From Nitrospirota bacterium (GTDB lineage Bacteria > Nitrospirota > Thermodesulfovibrionia > Thermodesulfovibrionales > Dissulfurispiraceae): a DNA stretch of 64,000 nucleotides. The notes below the pieces were generated by a model that did no database searches, had not been told where the DNA came from, and saw only the letters and a program-made list of their open reading frames with translations. The DNA is taken from assembly GCA_963790025.1 (NCBI GenBank), contig CAWBMP010000003.1:32001-96000 (forward strand), read 5' to 3'. Shown here one piece after another: positions 9,745-19,106 of this stretch. A program made the translations under genes and the position numbers. Positions within the stretch are counted from its first letter, which is position 1; each line of letters begins with the position of its first letter.

Positions 9745-10437
9745 ATGCTCTTAATACTTTTTTTAATAGGTTTTATATTTGTTCCTTCTTTTGCTTTTGC
9801 GTGGGGGCCGCTTACCCACATGTATCTCGCAAATGAACTTTATTCCTATGCGCCGCTTATTCCAGCAGGCATCCTGGCTGTAATAAAGAAATATAAACAG
9901 GATTTTCTTTATGGGAACCTGATGGCGGACATGATTTTAGGAAAAAAATATCTTCCTGAAGATAAAAGTTCTCACAGCTGGGAGGTTGCCTTCAACCTCC
10001 TTGAGCAGGCAGAAAAAGGGCCTGAAAAGTCGTTTGTGTATGGTTACCTGAGCCATCTGGCAGCGGACACTGTGGCCCACGGCTTACTTACGGATGATAT
10101 GCTGAACATGGAGCATACGTGGGTCGAGCTCAAGGCAGACAGCATGATAGATAAGGATTACTGGCTTCAGTCGGTGACCTTCAGCAAGGCTGTGCAGAAG
10201 AGAAATGACCGCTTCTTGGAAGGCTCCCTCGACAGTGTTTTTTTCTCATTCAAGACCAATAAGCGTATTTATAAAGGCATGGTATTTTTATCCTTCCTCA
10301 CGCTGAATAATAAGAAGAGAAGGCGTGGCATAAACGAAAAGTATATCTGCCGGCTCCATGACGAATCAGTAGCGAGGATGCTTGACTTGATAAAAAATGG
10401 CAGAGATTCCTCTGTCATAGACATCAGCCCACTGTAA
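9745..10437 (+). CDS. Zinc-dependent phospholipase C family protein
   Basis: Signal-like N-terminus then AWGPLTH; YGYLSHLAADTVAH. Confidence 0.75.
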   Translation: MLLILFLIGFIFVPSFAFAWGPLTHMYLANELYSYAPLIPAGILAVIKKYKQDFLYGNLMADMILGKKYLPEDKSSHSWEVAFNLLEQAEKGPEKSFVYGYLSHLAADTVAHGLLTDDMLNMEHTWVELKADSMIDKDYWLQSVTFSKAVQKRNDRFLEGSLDSVFFSFKTNKRIYKGMVFLSFLTLNNKKRRRGINEKYICRLHDESVARMLDLIKNGRDSSVIDISPL

Positions 10438-10565
10438 GATCCAAGTAAAAAGTAAAAAGGTGAAAGTTAAAAGTTAAGGAAAAATGATAACCAAAAAAGA
10501 TTTATTTTCCTTTTTTACCCTCCTTTACTTCTCACTTTTTACTTTTTACTTTTTACTTGGTTTTT

Positions 10566-11801
10566 ATGTTTGATAAAAATCACCTTCTTCCTGCGGATGC
10601 GCTGGCGCTAATTATTGATGCTCTGCCGTGTAGTCTGCCGCACGCTGAAACCCTGCCTATTGAGGAGTGCTACGGTCGTGTAATTGCGTCTGATGTTGTC
10701 TCAGCTGAGGACCTTCCGGCGTTTTCCCGTTCAACAGTCGATGGATATGCGGTCCAGGCAGAGGATACGTTCGGCGCAAAAGAGAACTCACCGGCGTATG
10801 TTACCCTGAAGTATGAGGTGTTTATGGGTAATGCACCGGATTTCAAGCTTGGGAAAGGGTTTGCTGCAAAAATGCCTACAGGAGGGATGCTTCCGGTGGG
10901 GGCCGATGCAGTAGTAATGCTTGAGCATGTTCAGCCGGTCTCAGAAGATATGATAGAAATTCTCAGGTCTGCGGCGCCTGGCGATAATGTTATCCAGCTC
11001 GGTGAAGACATAAAAAAAGGGGAAAGAGTTCTGACTGCCGGCAAAATCCTCAGGGCCCAGGACATAGGTGCTCTTGCAGGTATCGGCATCACCAGTATAG
11101 AGGTTTTTAAAAAGCCGGTTCTGTCGTTCATATCTACCGGCGACGAGATCGTAAACCCTAAGAGTCCACTGTGCCTCGGGCAGGTGAGGGACATCAATTC
11201 CTTTACTTTGGCAGGACTGGCAAAGGACCACGGCGGCATACTGGTGAAGAGGGGGATATTCAGGGATGATTACCAGTTAATAAAGAAGGCAATCGAGCAG
11301 TCGTTGGTTGATTCGGACATGGTGCTTATTAGCGGTGGTACATCGGCTGGTTCAAAAGATATGACGGCGGGAATCATTAATGACATCGGCAGGCCGGGCG
11401 TGCTCTTTCACGGTGTATCTCTAAAGCCGGGAAAGCCAATGATCGGCGGGGTGGTGCATGGAAAGCCGGTTTTGGGCCTTCCTGGACATCCGGCGGCGAC
11501 AGTTGTCTGCTTCGATTTGTTCATAAAACCCCTCCTCGATAAATTACGGGGCCTCGATAGTAAAAAGGACTTTATCAGGTCTGTAAAGGCAACGATGGCA
11601 AAGAATATTGCTTCGGCCGCCGGCAGGGAGGACCACATAAGGGTATGTGTGGAGGAAAAAGAAGATAAACTCTTGGCTTTTCCCGTATTGGGGAAATCCG
11701 GACTTGTTGCTACCCTCGTGAAGGCCGATGGCGTGGTGGTTATAGCTCAATCAAAACTGGGTCTTGACACTGGAGAAGAAGTGACGGTGAAATTATTTTA
11801 A
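10566..11801 (+). CDS. moeA: Molybdopterin molybdotransferase (gephyrin-like)
   Basis: RSTVDGYAV, TGGMLPVGADAVVMLEH, STGDE, SGGTS, KPGKP, GLPGHP. Confidence 0.94.
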   Translation: MFDKNHLLPADALALIIDALPCSLPHAETLPIEECYGRVIASDVVSAEDLPAFSRSTVDGYAVQAEDTFGAKENSPAYVTLKYEVFMGNAPDFKLGKGFAAKMPTGGMLPVGADAVVMLEHVQPVSEDMIEILRSAAPGDNVIQLGEDIKKGERVLTAGKILRAQDIGALAGIGITSIEVFKKPVLSFISTGDEIVNPKSPLCLGQVRDINSFTLAGLAKDHGGILVKRGIFRDDYQLIKKAIEQSLVDSDMVLISGGTSAGSKDMTAGIINDIGRPGVLFHGVSLKPGKPMIGGVVHGKPVLGLPGHPAATVVCFDLFIKPLLDKLRGLDSKKDFIRSVKATMAKNIASAAGREDHIRVCVEEKEDKLLAFPVLGKSGLVATLVKADGVVVIAQSKLGLDTGEEVTVKLF

Positions 11802-11816
11802 GATGAGGGGCGTTCC

Positions 11817-12905
11817 ATGGAAATAGCGATTAAAAATATTTTCGATAAAATAGGCTGTTCCGTGAACCTTATGGAGGTTTGCGGTACTCATACGGTGGCC
11901 ATATTCAAGCATGGCATTCGAAGTCTTTTGCCGAAAGGTCTCAGATTGCTGAGTGGTCCCGGTTGTCCTGTATGCGTAACGTCAATCATGGATGTTGATA
12001 AGGCCGTTGCCATGTCTAAACATGAAGACGTAATTTTCATGACTTTTGGCGATATGATACGTGTGCCCGGCGGACAACAATCTCTGGCGGATGCAAAGGC
12101 GGAAGGAGCTGATGTCAGGATAGTGTATTCTCCTCTGGATTGCCTGAAAATAGCAAAAGAGAATGCTAATAAAAAGGTAATATTCTTTTCCGCCGGTTTT
12201 GAAACTACATCTCCTTCCGGGGCGGCAACGCTGTTTGAGGCTGAGCGTCAAGGCATCAATAATTTCTCGTTATTCTCCGTGAACAAGCTGGTACCACCGG
12301 CGCTGGAGGCGCTTCTCGCGCCCCAGAAGTCTTCGACTTCCGGGGACCCCATGCATTCGGATGAGGTGAAAATAGACGGCTTTCTGTTGCCGGGACATGT
12401 GAGCGCGATCATTGGAAGCAAGGTATATAATTTCATACCTGAAAAGTATAGTATACCTTGTGTAATAACGGGATTTGGCGCTCAGGATATCCTTGCCGGT
12501 ATTTTGATGCTTTTGAAACAAATTGCTGAAGAAAGGGCCACAGTTGAAATTCAATATAGAAGCGTAGTTACTGAAGAAGGAAATAAAAAGGCTGTTGAAT
12601 TCATTAATGAATTTTTCGAGCCCTGTGACAGCTATTGGAGAGGGATAGGGCTCTTGCCTGGAAGCGGCTTAAAGCTGAAAGAGAAATGGCGGCATAGGGA
12701 TGCAGAGCGGCTGTTTAACCTGAAAGTTCCCTATGTGCCGGAACCGAAGGGATGTCTTTGCGGTTTGGTGCTGCGCGGCGTAAAAATTCCATCGGAATGC
12801 CCTCTTTTCGGCAGGGCGTGTACGCCTGAGAGGCCGGTAGGAGCATGCATGGTGAGTACTGAAGGAAGTTGTGCAGCCTACTATAGGTATAGCAATCGGG
12901 TGTAG
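11817..12905 (+). CDS. hypD: Hydrogenase maturation protein HypD, with an in-frame palindrome insertion
   Basis: MEVCGTHT, GPGCPVCVT, GFETT, PGHVS, CMVSTEGSCAAYY. Confidence 0.95.
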   Translation: MEIAIKNIFDKIGCSVNLMEVCGTHTVAIFKHGIRSLLPKGLRLLSGPGCPVCVTSIMDVDKAVAMSKHEDVIFMTFGDMIRVPGGQQSLADAKAEGADVRIVYSPLDCLKIAKENANKKVIFFSAGFETTSPSGAATLFEAERQGINNFSLFSVNKLVPPALEALLAPQKSSTSGDPMHSDEVKIDGFLLPGHVSAIIGSKVYNFIPEKYSIPCVITGFGAQDILAGILMLLKQIAEERATVEIQYRSVVTEEGNKKAVEFINEFFEPCDSYWRGIGLLPGSGLKLKEKWRHRDAERLFNLKVPYVPEPKGCLCGLVLRGVKIPSECPLFGRACTPERPVGACMVSTEGSCAAYYRYSNRV

Positions 12906-12936
12906 CATTTTCCGAATGACAGGAGGAGGTACTCAT

Positions 12937-13461
12937 ATGGAGAATAAAAGAAAATTCCCCAGGGTTGATGCAAAGTTGCCTTTTAAAGAGAGCTTAATAG
13001 ATGCGAAGTCTATAACAGATTTCTCTCCGAGAGCGGCAGAAAGTGCATTACTTGAATTTCCATCCCCTCCGTCTCATTTATATCCGGATGCTTTGACAGC
13101 CGATTGGATTAAATATTTAGACGCAAAAATTAATGCTATTGCAAATTTGCTCATGACCGCTGTCAAGACAGAAGAAGCCTTGCTGTCGAGGAATATAAAC
13201 ATTAGCGCCGGAGGCGCCGGTTTTGACACAGACAAACAATTTGAAAAAGGCGAAGTACTCGAGATGCATATTGCTTTTGACGGTCATCGCAGGTATTGTT
13301 TTTATGGTGAGATCATGTGGATAAGGCATATTTCGGAAAACAGATATCGTGTAGGAACCAATTTTCTGAATATGAGCAGGGATTTTATCGATGAGATAAA
13401 CCGTTTTGTTTTCTCAAAGCAGAGAGAAATATTAAGCCGGAAGAGATATAACCTGTCTTAA
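12937..13461 (+). CDS. PilZ-domain (c-di-GMP-binding) protein
   Basis: KRKFPR (RxxxR) and NISAGG motifs; SD AGGAGGAGG before ATG 12937. Confidence 0.8.
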   Translation: MENKRKFPRVDAKLPFKESLIDAKSITDFSPRAAESALLEFPSPPSHLYPDALTADWIKYLDAKINAIANLLMTAVKTEEALLSRNINISAGGAGFDTDKQFEKGEVLEMHIAFDGHRRYCFYGEIMWIRHISENRYRVGTNFLNMSRDFIDEINRFVFSKQREILSRKRYNLS

Positions 13462-13513
13462 TTAGAAGTTAGAGATTAGAGGCAACCTCTAACCTCCAAC
13501 CTATAATTTGACG

Positions 13514-13939
13514 CTACGCGTTGACTATCTTATAGCGGTAATCTATTTTCGCAACTCCCTCAAGGGTCGCCTTAACCGAGCAATATTTTTCCATGGATAA
13601 TTCTATCGATTTTCTGACCGCGTCCTCGGGTATATCCTTGCCGGTAATTATATATTCCAGTTCGATTCCCGTGAATTTCATGGGATATTCCTTGGCTTGG
13701 GTTCCCGTGACCTTGACTTCAACGGCGTTCACCTGTTGTCTTTTCTTCTGCAGCATAGAGGCAACATCCATACCCGTACATCCTCCGATCGCAACGAGAA
13801 GCAGTTCCATAGGCGTCATTCCCTTGCCGGCCTCCGCGTGCGAGGCGTCTGCATCCATCACAATCGCATGGTTGCTGCCTGATTCCCCCACAAACTGCAA
13901 TCCTCCCGTCCATTTTACCTTAGCCTGCATCATACCCAT
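13514..13939 (-). CDS. OsmC/YhfA family protein
   Basis: PMELLLVAIGGCTGMDV, SMEKYCSV. Confidence 0.9.
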   Translation of the reverse strand: MGMMQAKVKWTGGLQFVGESGSNHAIVMDADASHAEAGKGMTPMELLLVAIGGCTGMDVASMLQKKRQQVNAVEVKVTGTQAKEYPMKFTGIELEYIITGKDIPEDAVRKSIELSMEKYCSVKATLEGVAKIDYRYKIVNA

Positions 13940-13982
13940 ACGCGCCTCCCTTTAGCCTTTTTCATACTTTACCATTTAGCCT

Positions 13983-14777
13983 TTAACTTTCTTCTGTATT
14001 AGTAGTAACCTGCACTCTCTGTATTGCAGTCGCTCTGCCGCTGTTATTATCTATCTCCAGAACAACGCCGCACAGGAGTCCTATGCCGCCTGCAACATCA
14101 TATTTTCTGGGCATTTGGTTTAGAAATCTCTCGATGATCTGGTCTTTTTCGATTCCTATTACAGATGTCTCCGGTCCTGTCATACCCACATCTGTAATAT
14201 ACGCTGTGCCCTCCGGCAGAATTTTCTCGTCAGCTGTCTGCACATGGGTGTGAGTCCCGACAAAAGCACTGACTTTGCCGTCCAGGAAGTAGCCCAAAGC
14301 TGTTTTTTCCGATGTCGCTTCCGCATGCATATCAACAACTATCATATTTGTTTCTGCTGAAAGCCGCTCAACTTCAGGCAATATTGTTCTGAACGGACAA
14401 TTAAGAATGTTCATGAAAACCCTGCCGGATACATTGATTACTGCTATTTTCTCTTTGCCGGGAAGTGTAAAGACAATACTGCCGGCCCCGGGTACGCCGG
14501 AAGGGTAATTGATGGGTCTCAATAATCTGTATTCTTTGGTTATATATGGAATAGCTTCTTTTTTGTCCCAAACGTGATTACCGGTAGTTATAACATGAAC
14601 GCCGCTGGCAAAAAGCTCCGCAGCTGTTTTTTCAGTTATTCCGAAACCGCCTGCCGCATTCTCGCCATTGGCAATAACAAAGTCCAATTTATATTTCTGT
14701 GCAAGGCCGGGCAAAAGCGCCTTGACAGTCTGCCTGCCGATCTTGCCGACAATATCCCCGATAAATAGAACGTTCAT
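13983..14777 (-). CDS. ymdB: YmdB-like metallophosphoesterase
   Basis: FIGDIVGK, NGENAAGG, TTGNH, HAEATSEK, GTHTHV; adjacent to rny. Confidence 0.92.
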   Translation of the reverse strand: MNVLFIGDIVGKIGRQTVKALLPGLAQKYKLDFVIANGENAAGGFGITEKTAAELFASGVHVITTGNHVWDKKEAIPYITKEYRLLRPINYPSGVPGAGSIVFTLPGKEKIAVINVSGRVFMNILNCPFRTILPEVERLSAETNMIVVDMHAEATSEKTALGYFLDGKVSAFVGTHTHVQTADEKILPEGTAYITDVGMTGPETSVIGIEKDQIIERFLNQMPRKYDVAGGIGLLCGVVLEIDNNSGRATAIQRVQVTTNTEES

Positions 14778-14881
14778 ATCAAAGTCAGGTTAAGGTAAAG
14801 GTATAGGTTGAGATAACGGCAAAAAAGTTTAATTCATTCTTTTCACTTAGCCTTAACCTTTGCCTCAACCTTGTCTTTTTT

Positions 14882-16447
14882 TTATTTCGCATAGTCCACA
14901 TAACGGGCTTCCCGTATAACGGTAACTTTTATCTGGCCCGGATATGTCATCTCCGCCTCGATTTTTCGGGCAAGCTCTTTAGACACAACTGAGCACATAG
15001 CATCATCCATATCGTCAGGCTTTACTATAATTCTGATTTCCCTTCCCGCTTGAATTGCATAACATTTCTCGACGCCGTTAAATGACATGGCAAGCTCTTC
15101 GAGCTTCTCAAGCCGCTTTAAGTAGTTCTCTATACTCTCTCTTCTCACCCCCGGGCGCGCCGCAGACAGGGCGTCTCCGGCTGCTACGAGAGCAGATTCA
15201 ACAGAAGTAAACTCGTATTCTCCATGATGCGCCTGAATAGCGTTTATTATCTTGTCGTTTTCACCGTATTTTTTTGAAATCGCCGCTCCAATCTCCTGGT
15301 GCGAGCCCTCTATTTCGTGGTCGACTGCCTTCCCTATATCATGCAGCAGGCCGCCGCGCTTTGCAAGTTTTACATCTACACCCAGTTCTCCAGCCATCAT
15401 GCCTGCCAGGTAGGCGACCTCTTTTGAGTGCTGGAGAATGTTCTGGCCATATGACGACCGGTATTTTAAACGTCCTATCGTCTTAATGAGTTCAGGATGT
15501 ATCCCGGAGATGCCGAGATCGAAGACCGCTTTTTCCCCCTCTTCCCTAATCGTTATTTCAATTTCTTTCTTGACCTTTTCCACCAGTTCCTCGATCCTGG
15601 CAGGGTGAATTCTGCCATCGTTTACAAGGCGTTCGAGCGCCACTCTTGCAATCTCTCGCCTTACGGGATCATGGGCAGAAAGAGTTACAAGTTCAGGCGT
15701 GTCATCGATTATGATGTCGACTCCCGTAGCCGCTTCAAAGGTCCTGATATTCCTGCCTTCCCTGCCGATAATTCTCCCTTTCATCTCATCATTGGGCAGG
15801 CTCACCGCAGAGACTGTCGCATCGACAACATAATCGCTGGCATATCTCTGCACCGCGAAGCTTATTATCTCCTTGGATTTCTTCTCTGCCGACTCTCTTA
15901 CTTCATCCTCAATCCTCTTTGCCAGTTTGGCGGCTTCAAATTTGGACTCCTCTTCAACCCTTCTCAGAAGTTCTCTTTTCGCTTCTTCAGCTGTACTACC
16001 GGCTATTTTCTCCAGTACCTGGGTCTGTTCCCTTATAAGCTGTGCAGATTCGTTCTCTTTTTCTATCAATGAGCGTTCTCTTGTGGCATATTCCTTTTCC
16101 TTTTTGTTCAGCTCGGATTCCCTTTTTTCCTGCTGGTCAATCTTTTTTTCCAGCTGTTCCTCTTTTTGCCGCAGCCGCCTGTCAAGCTGATTGAGTTCTT
16201 TCGTCCGCTCACGAATCTCTTTTTCCGCTTCAATCTTTGCCTGGTAGGCCTGGTCTTTTGCGGCAATAACTGCCTCTTTTTTAATTGCGTCTACTTCGCG
16301 TTTAGCATCTTCAAGCAAATGCTCCTGCTTTCTTCTTATCGATTCGTTATTGGATTTAAGGGTGCTCCTGTAAATGGCGAAAAAAAGCATGCCGCTCGCG
16401 ATTCCTACTGCGATAGCGATCAGAATATAGACCACGGTATTGCTCAT
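14882..16447 (-). CDS. rny: Ribonuclease Y
   Basis: N-terminal TM, coiled coil, KH domain ([13 protein letters not shown]), HD motif (LLHDIGKA). Confidence 0.97.
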   Translation of the reverse strand: MSNTVVYILIAIAVGIASGMLFFAIYRSTLKSNNESIRRKQEHLLEDAKREVDAIKKEAVIAAKDQAYQAKIEAEKEIRERTKELNQLDRRLRQKEEQLEKKIDQQEKRESELNKKEKEYATRERSLIEKENESAQLIREQTQVLEKIAGSTAEEAKRELLRRVEEESKFEAAKLAKRIEDEVRESAEKKSKEIISFAVQRYASDYVVDATVSAVSLPNDEMKGRIIGREGRNIRTFEAATGVDIIIDDTPELVTLSAHDPVRREIARVALERLVNDGRIHPARIEELVEKVKKEIEITIREEGEKAVFDLGISGIHPELIKTIGRLKYRSSYGQNILQHSKEVAYLAGMMAGELGVDVKLAKRGGLLHDIGKAVDHEIEGSHQEIGAAISKKYGENDKIINAIQAHHGEYEFTSVESALVAAGDALSAARPGVRRESIENYLKRLEKLEELAMSFNGVEKCYAIQAGREIRIIVKPDDMDDAMCSVVSKELARKIEAEMTYPGQIKVTVIREARYVDYAK

Positions 16448-16885
16448 CGGGCAGTCCTCCTGTAATATTTATTGCAACCCAGCCATCAAAGAATAGCGGC
16501 CCGATTGCATAAAACTACCAGGGGAAGATATGGATAGCAGTGGCGCGGAAAATTAAAAACTGCGCGGGATCCCCAAAAAGTTTGTGGATCTTTGGGGCCA
16601 CGTAGTTACAAGAGTCAGGACGTGATTATTACGCAATGCATTGCATGTTCAATACATAGAAATGAACACATCTGTGTATTGTAAACCCTGTCACACTCGT
16701 ATGAGAGCATCCTGACTCCTTTATCTTCAAAACATCAATGGCGCTATCCAAACGTCCCCATTAGTAATTACCACCACAGGATACGTCGGTGACCCCGGAA
16801 AGTCTGCTTTTTGTGGTCGCCCATTCAGTACAGACTAAGAAGTATTCCATGCTGGTAATTACTAATGTACAAAATCAGCTATATA

Positions 16886-17065
16886 AAACCCACCCTGTCG
16901 TGTAGGCTGAGATTAGATCCCTCTCCTTAAAAAGTGGGTGCCTTGAAAGTAGCTTAGGCTCTCTCCGCCATGGAAGATATGCACACCGTTTACTTTACGT
17001 CAGCTCCCGAAAGATCTAATTTGCGAGATCAACATTCTCCCCTAATCACTGAACAGGGCAGGTAT
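16886..17065 (-). ncRNA. ssrS: 6S RNA
   Basis: On the minus strand, 5' CCTGCCCTGTTCAGTG pairs with 3' CACGACAGGGTGGG; internal GGGAGC, CGGTGTGCA, GCCT and GGCACCCAC segments; ~180 nt; upstream of rny. Confidence 0.85.
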
Positions 17066-17157
17066 ATAATCCCTCTTAGTTATTAAAGCAGAAAATACAG
17101 TATATAAGCAACTAAAATCGTAGGCAGTACGCCTTATATGCTTGAATAAGGGGGAAC

Positions 17158-17889
17158 GTGCGTGTTATCATCTTTCCAATGACGGTACTCCTTGTTCTGG
17201 CACTGGTTTTATTTTCGGCTTTTGATTCCCATGCCGATATCTATAAACAGATCTCGGAAGACGGAGTTGTTGTGTTCTCCAACTCAGCTTTAGGTGCTCA
17301 CAGCAAGATGGTAGTCAGAGAAAAGAATATACTGCGGGAAAGTACTAAAGAGCTTAATCGGGACCAGGGGGCCATGCGTGCAGCTGTCGAAGAAAAGGCT
17401 AGGCAGCATAATATCGATCCCCAGCTCGTCAATGCAGTAATCAGGGCGGAATCGAATTGGGACCCTGGTGCAATATCACCAAAAGGGGCCCTTGGCCTCA
17501 TGCAACTTATGCCATCCACTGCCGCGCTTTTGGGTGTGGCAAACCCTTTCGATCCCATGGAGAACATTGACGGAGGGGTACGGTATATGAGTCACCTGAT
17601 CGGGCGGTTCAATGGCAATCTTGTTCTGGCGCTCGCAGCTTACAATGCCGGACCGAAGTTGGTAGAGAAGAAAGGCATGGTCCCGTCTATTCCTGAGACA
17701 GTGGCTTATGTTAAGAGGGTCATGCGCTATTATAACGGCGGAGATGTAGCGGCCTTAAATGTAAATACTCAGGAAATACAAAGAGAAGTGAAGAAAGAAT
17801 TCAACAGGATGAAGAAAGTTATTTTAGAAGACGGCACATTGCTTTTTACCAACATGCATAAATATAGCAGCATTGCCGAATCCAACTGA
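17158..17889 (+). CDS. Lytic transglycosylase (SLT domain) with DUF4124-like N-terminus
   Basis: AVIRAESNW, SPKGALGLMQLMP, ALAAYNAGP. Confidence 0.9.
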   Translation: MRVIIFPMTVLLVLALVLFSAFDSHADIYKQISEDGVVVFSNSALGAHSKMVVREKNILRESTKELNRDQGAMRAAVEEKARQHNIDPQLVNAVIRAESNWDPGAISPKGALGLMQLMPSTAALLGVANPFDPMENIDGGVRYMSHLIGRFNGNLVLALAAYNAGPKLVEKKGMVPSIPETVAYVKRVMRYYNGGDVAALNVNTQEIQREVKKEFNRMKKVILEDGTLLFTNMHKYSSIAESN

Positions 17890-17906
17890 TAGAGATAAAA
17901 GACAGC

Positions 17907-18893
17907 ATGTCCCCGGACCTTCAGGCAACAAGAGAAGAAATACTCGAACTGAAACAGAGAAGAAAGGCCGTAATTCTCGCTCACAATTACCAGAGAGACG
18001 AGGTGCAGGACATTGCTGATTTTGTCGGCGACTCATTGGAACTTTCCCGGAACGCGGCGTCAATGGATTGCGAGGTCATTGTTTTTTGCGGCGTCGATTT
18101 TATGGCCGAGAGCGCCTCTATACTATCTCCTGATAAAACGGTGCTCCTTTCCGAGATAGACGCCTCCTGCCCTATGGCGGAGATGATCCAGGTGGAGGTG
18201 CCGAGGTCCGTGAGGCCGGCATATCCCGGATACGAGGTGCAGCCAACATTTGTTTTCCCACATGATTTTACCCTCAGGGACATTAAGGCAAAATATCCTG
18301 GCGTGCCTGTTGTTGCCTACGTGAATACTAGTGCAGAGGTCAAGGCTGAGAGCGACATTTGCTGTACCTCGGCAAATGTTGTAAAAGTCATTGAATCGCT
18401 GCCAGATGAAAGGGTCATTTGTGTCCCTGACAGGAATCTTTCGATGTGGGCCGCAAAGAATACAGGCAAACAGATAATTGCATGGGACGGATTCTGTCAT
18501 GTCCACGACAGAGTAACGAGGGGCGATGTTGAAAGGGCGCGAAAGGCCCATCCTGCGGCCCTTTTGATGGCCCATCCAGAATGCAGGCTTGAGGTATTGG
18601 AGATAGCCGATCACGTGACCAGCACATCCGGGATGCTGAGGTTTGCACGGTCTTCTGATGCTGGGGAATTTATCGTGGGGACAGAACTCGGGATCATGCA
18701 CCGGATGAAAAAGGAGAATGCCGCTAAGATTTTCCACCCGCTCAGAACTGATATGATCTGTCCGAACATGAAAAAAACTACTTTAAACAGTGTGTTGCGA
18801 GCACTCAAGGAAAACACATACGTCGTCAAAGTCCCCGAAGAAATCAGAGTCAGGGCCAAGCGCGCCCTTGACAGAATGCTAGAAATAAAATGA
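17907..18893 (+). CDS. nadA: Quinolinate synthase A
   Basis: ILAHNYQ, CGVDFMAE, YVNTSAEVKA, CTSAN, AHPEC, CPNMK. Confidence 0.95.
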   Translation: MSPDLQATREEILELKQRRKAVILAHNYQRDEVQDIADFVGDSLELSRNAASMDCEVIVFCGVDFMAESASILSPDKTVLLSEIDASCPMAEMIQVEVPRSVRPAYPGYEVQPTFVFPHDFTLRDIKAKYPGVPVVAYVNTSAEVKAESDICCTSANVVKVIESLPDERVICVPDRNLSMWAAKNTGKQIIAWDGFCHVHDRVTRGDVERARKAHPAALLMAHPECRLEVLEIADHVTSTSGMLRFARSSDAGEFIVGTELGIMHRMKKENAAKIFHPLRTDMICPNMKKTTLNSVLRALKENTYVVKVPEEIRVRAKRALDRMLEIK

Positions 18894-18903
18894 CGTGACA
18901 ATC

Positions 18904-19092
18904 AGAAGTGTAATGAAGTATATGTCTCTTACGCTCAGACGCTGCGTCTTGACAGTTCTAACGGCTCGTTCGCTACAGGCTCAAAATTCGGCCCTTCCGG
19001 CTTCAGTTTCGCGCCTGCTTAACGCTCACTCGCCGAGAACTGTTGCCAAGACTCCGCGATTCGCTCCAGAAACATATACTTCACTACACTTC
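18904..19092. mobile_element. ~190-bp MITE/REP-like fold-back element
   Basis: Ends AGAAGTGTAATGAAGTATATGT / ACATATACTTCACTACACTTCT; internal IR GTCTTGACAGTTCT / AGAACTGTTGCCAAGAC. Confidence 0.65.
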
Positions 19093-19106
19093 TTACTCAA
19101 TAACCT

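Noticed and set aside
5811..10557. AAAAGTA repeats as a CRISPR array
   Set aside because: Units are 7 nt with no unique spacers, and no cas genes are present
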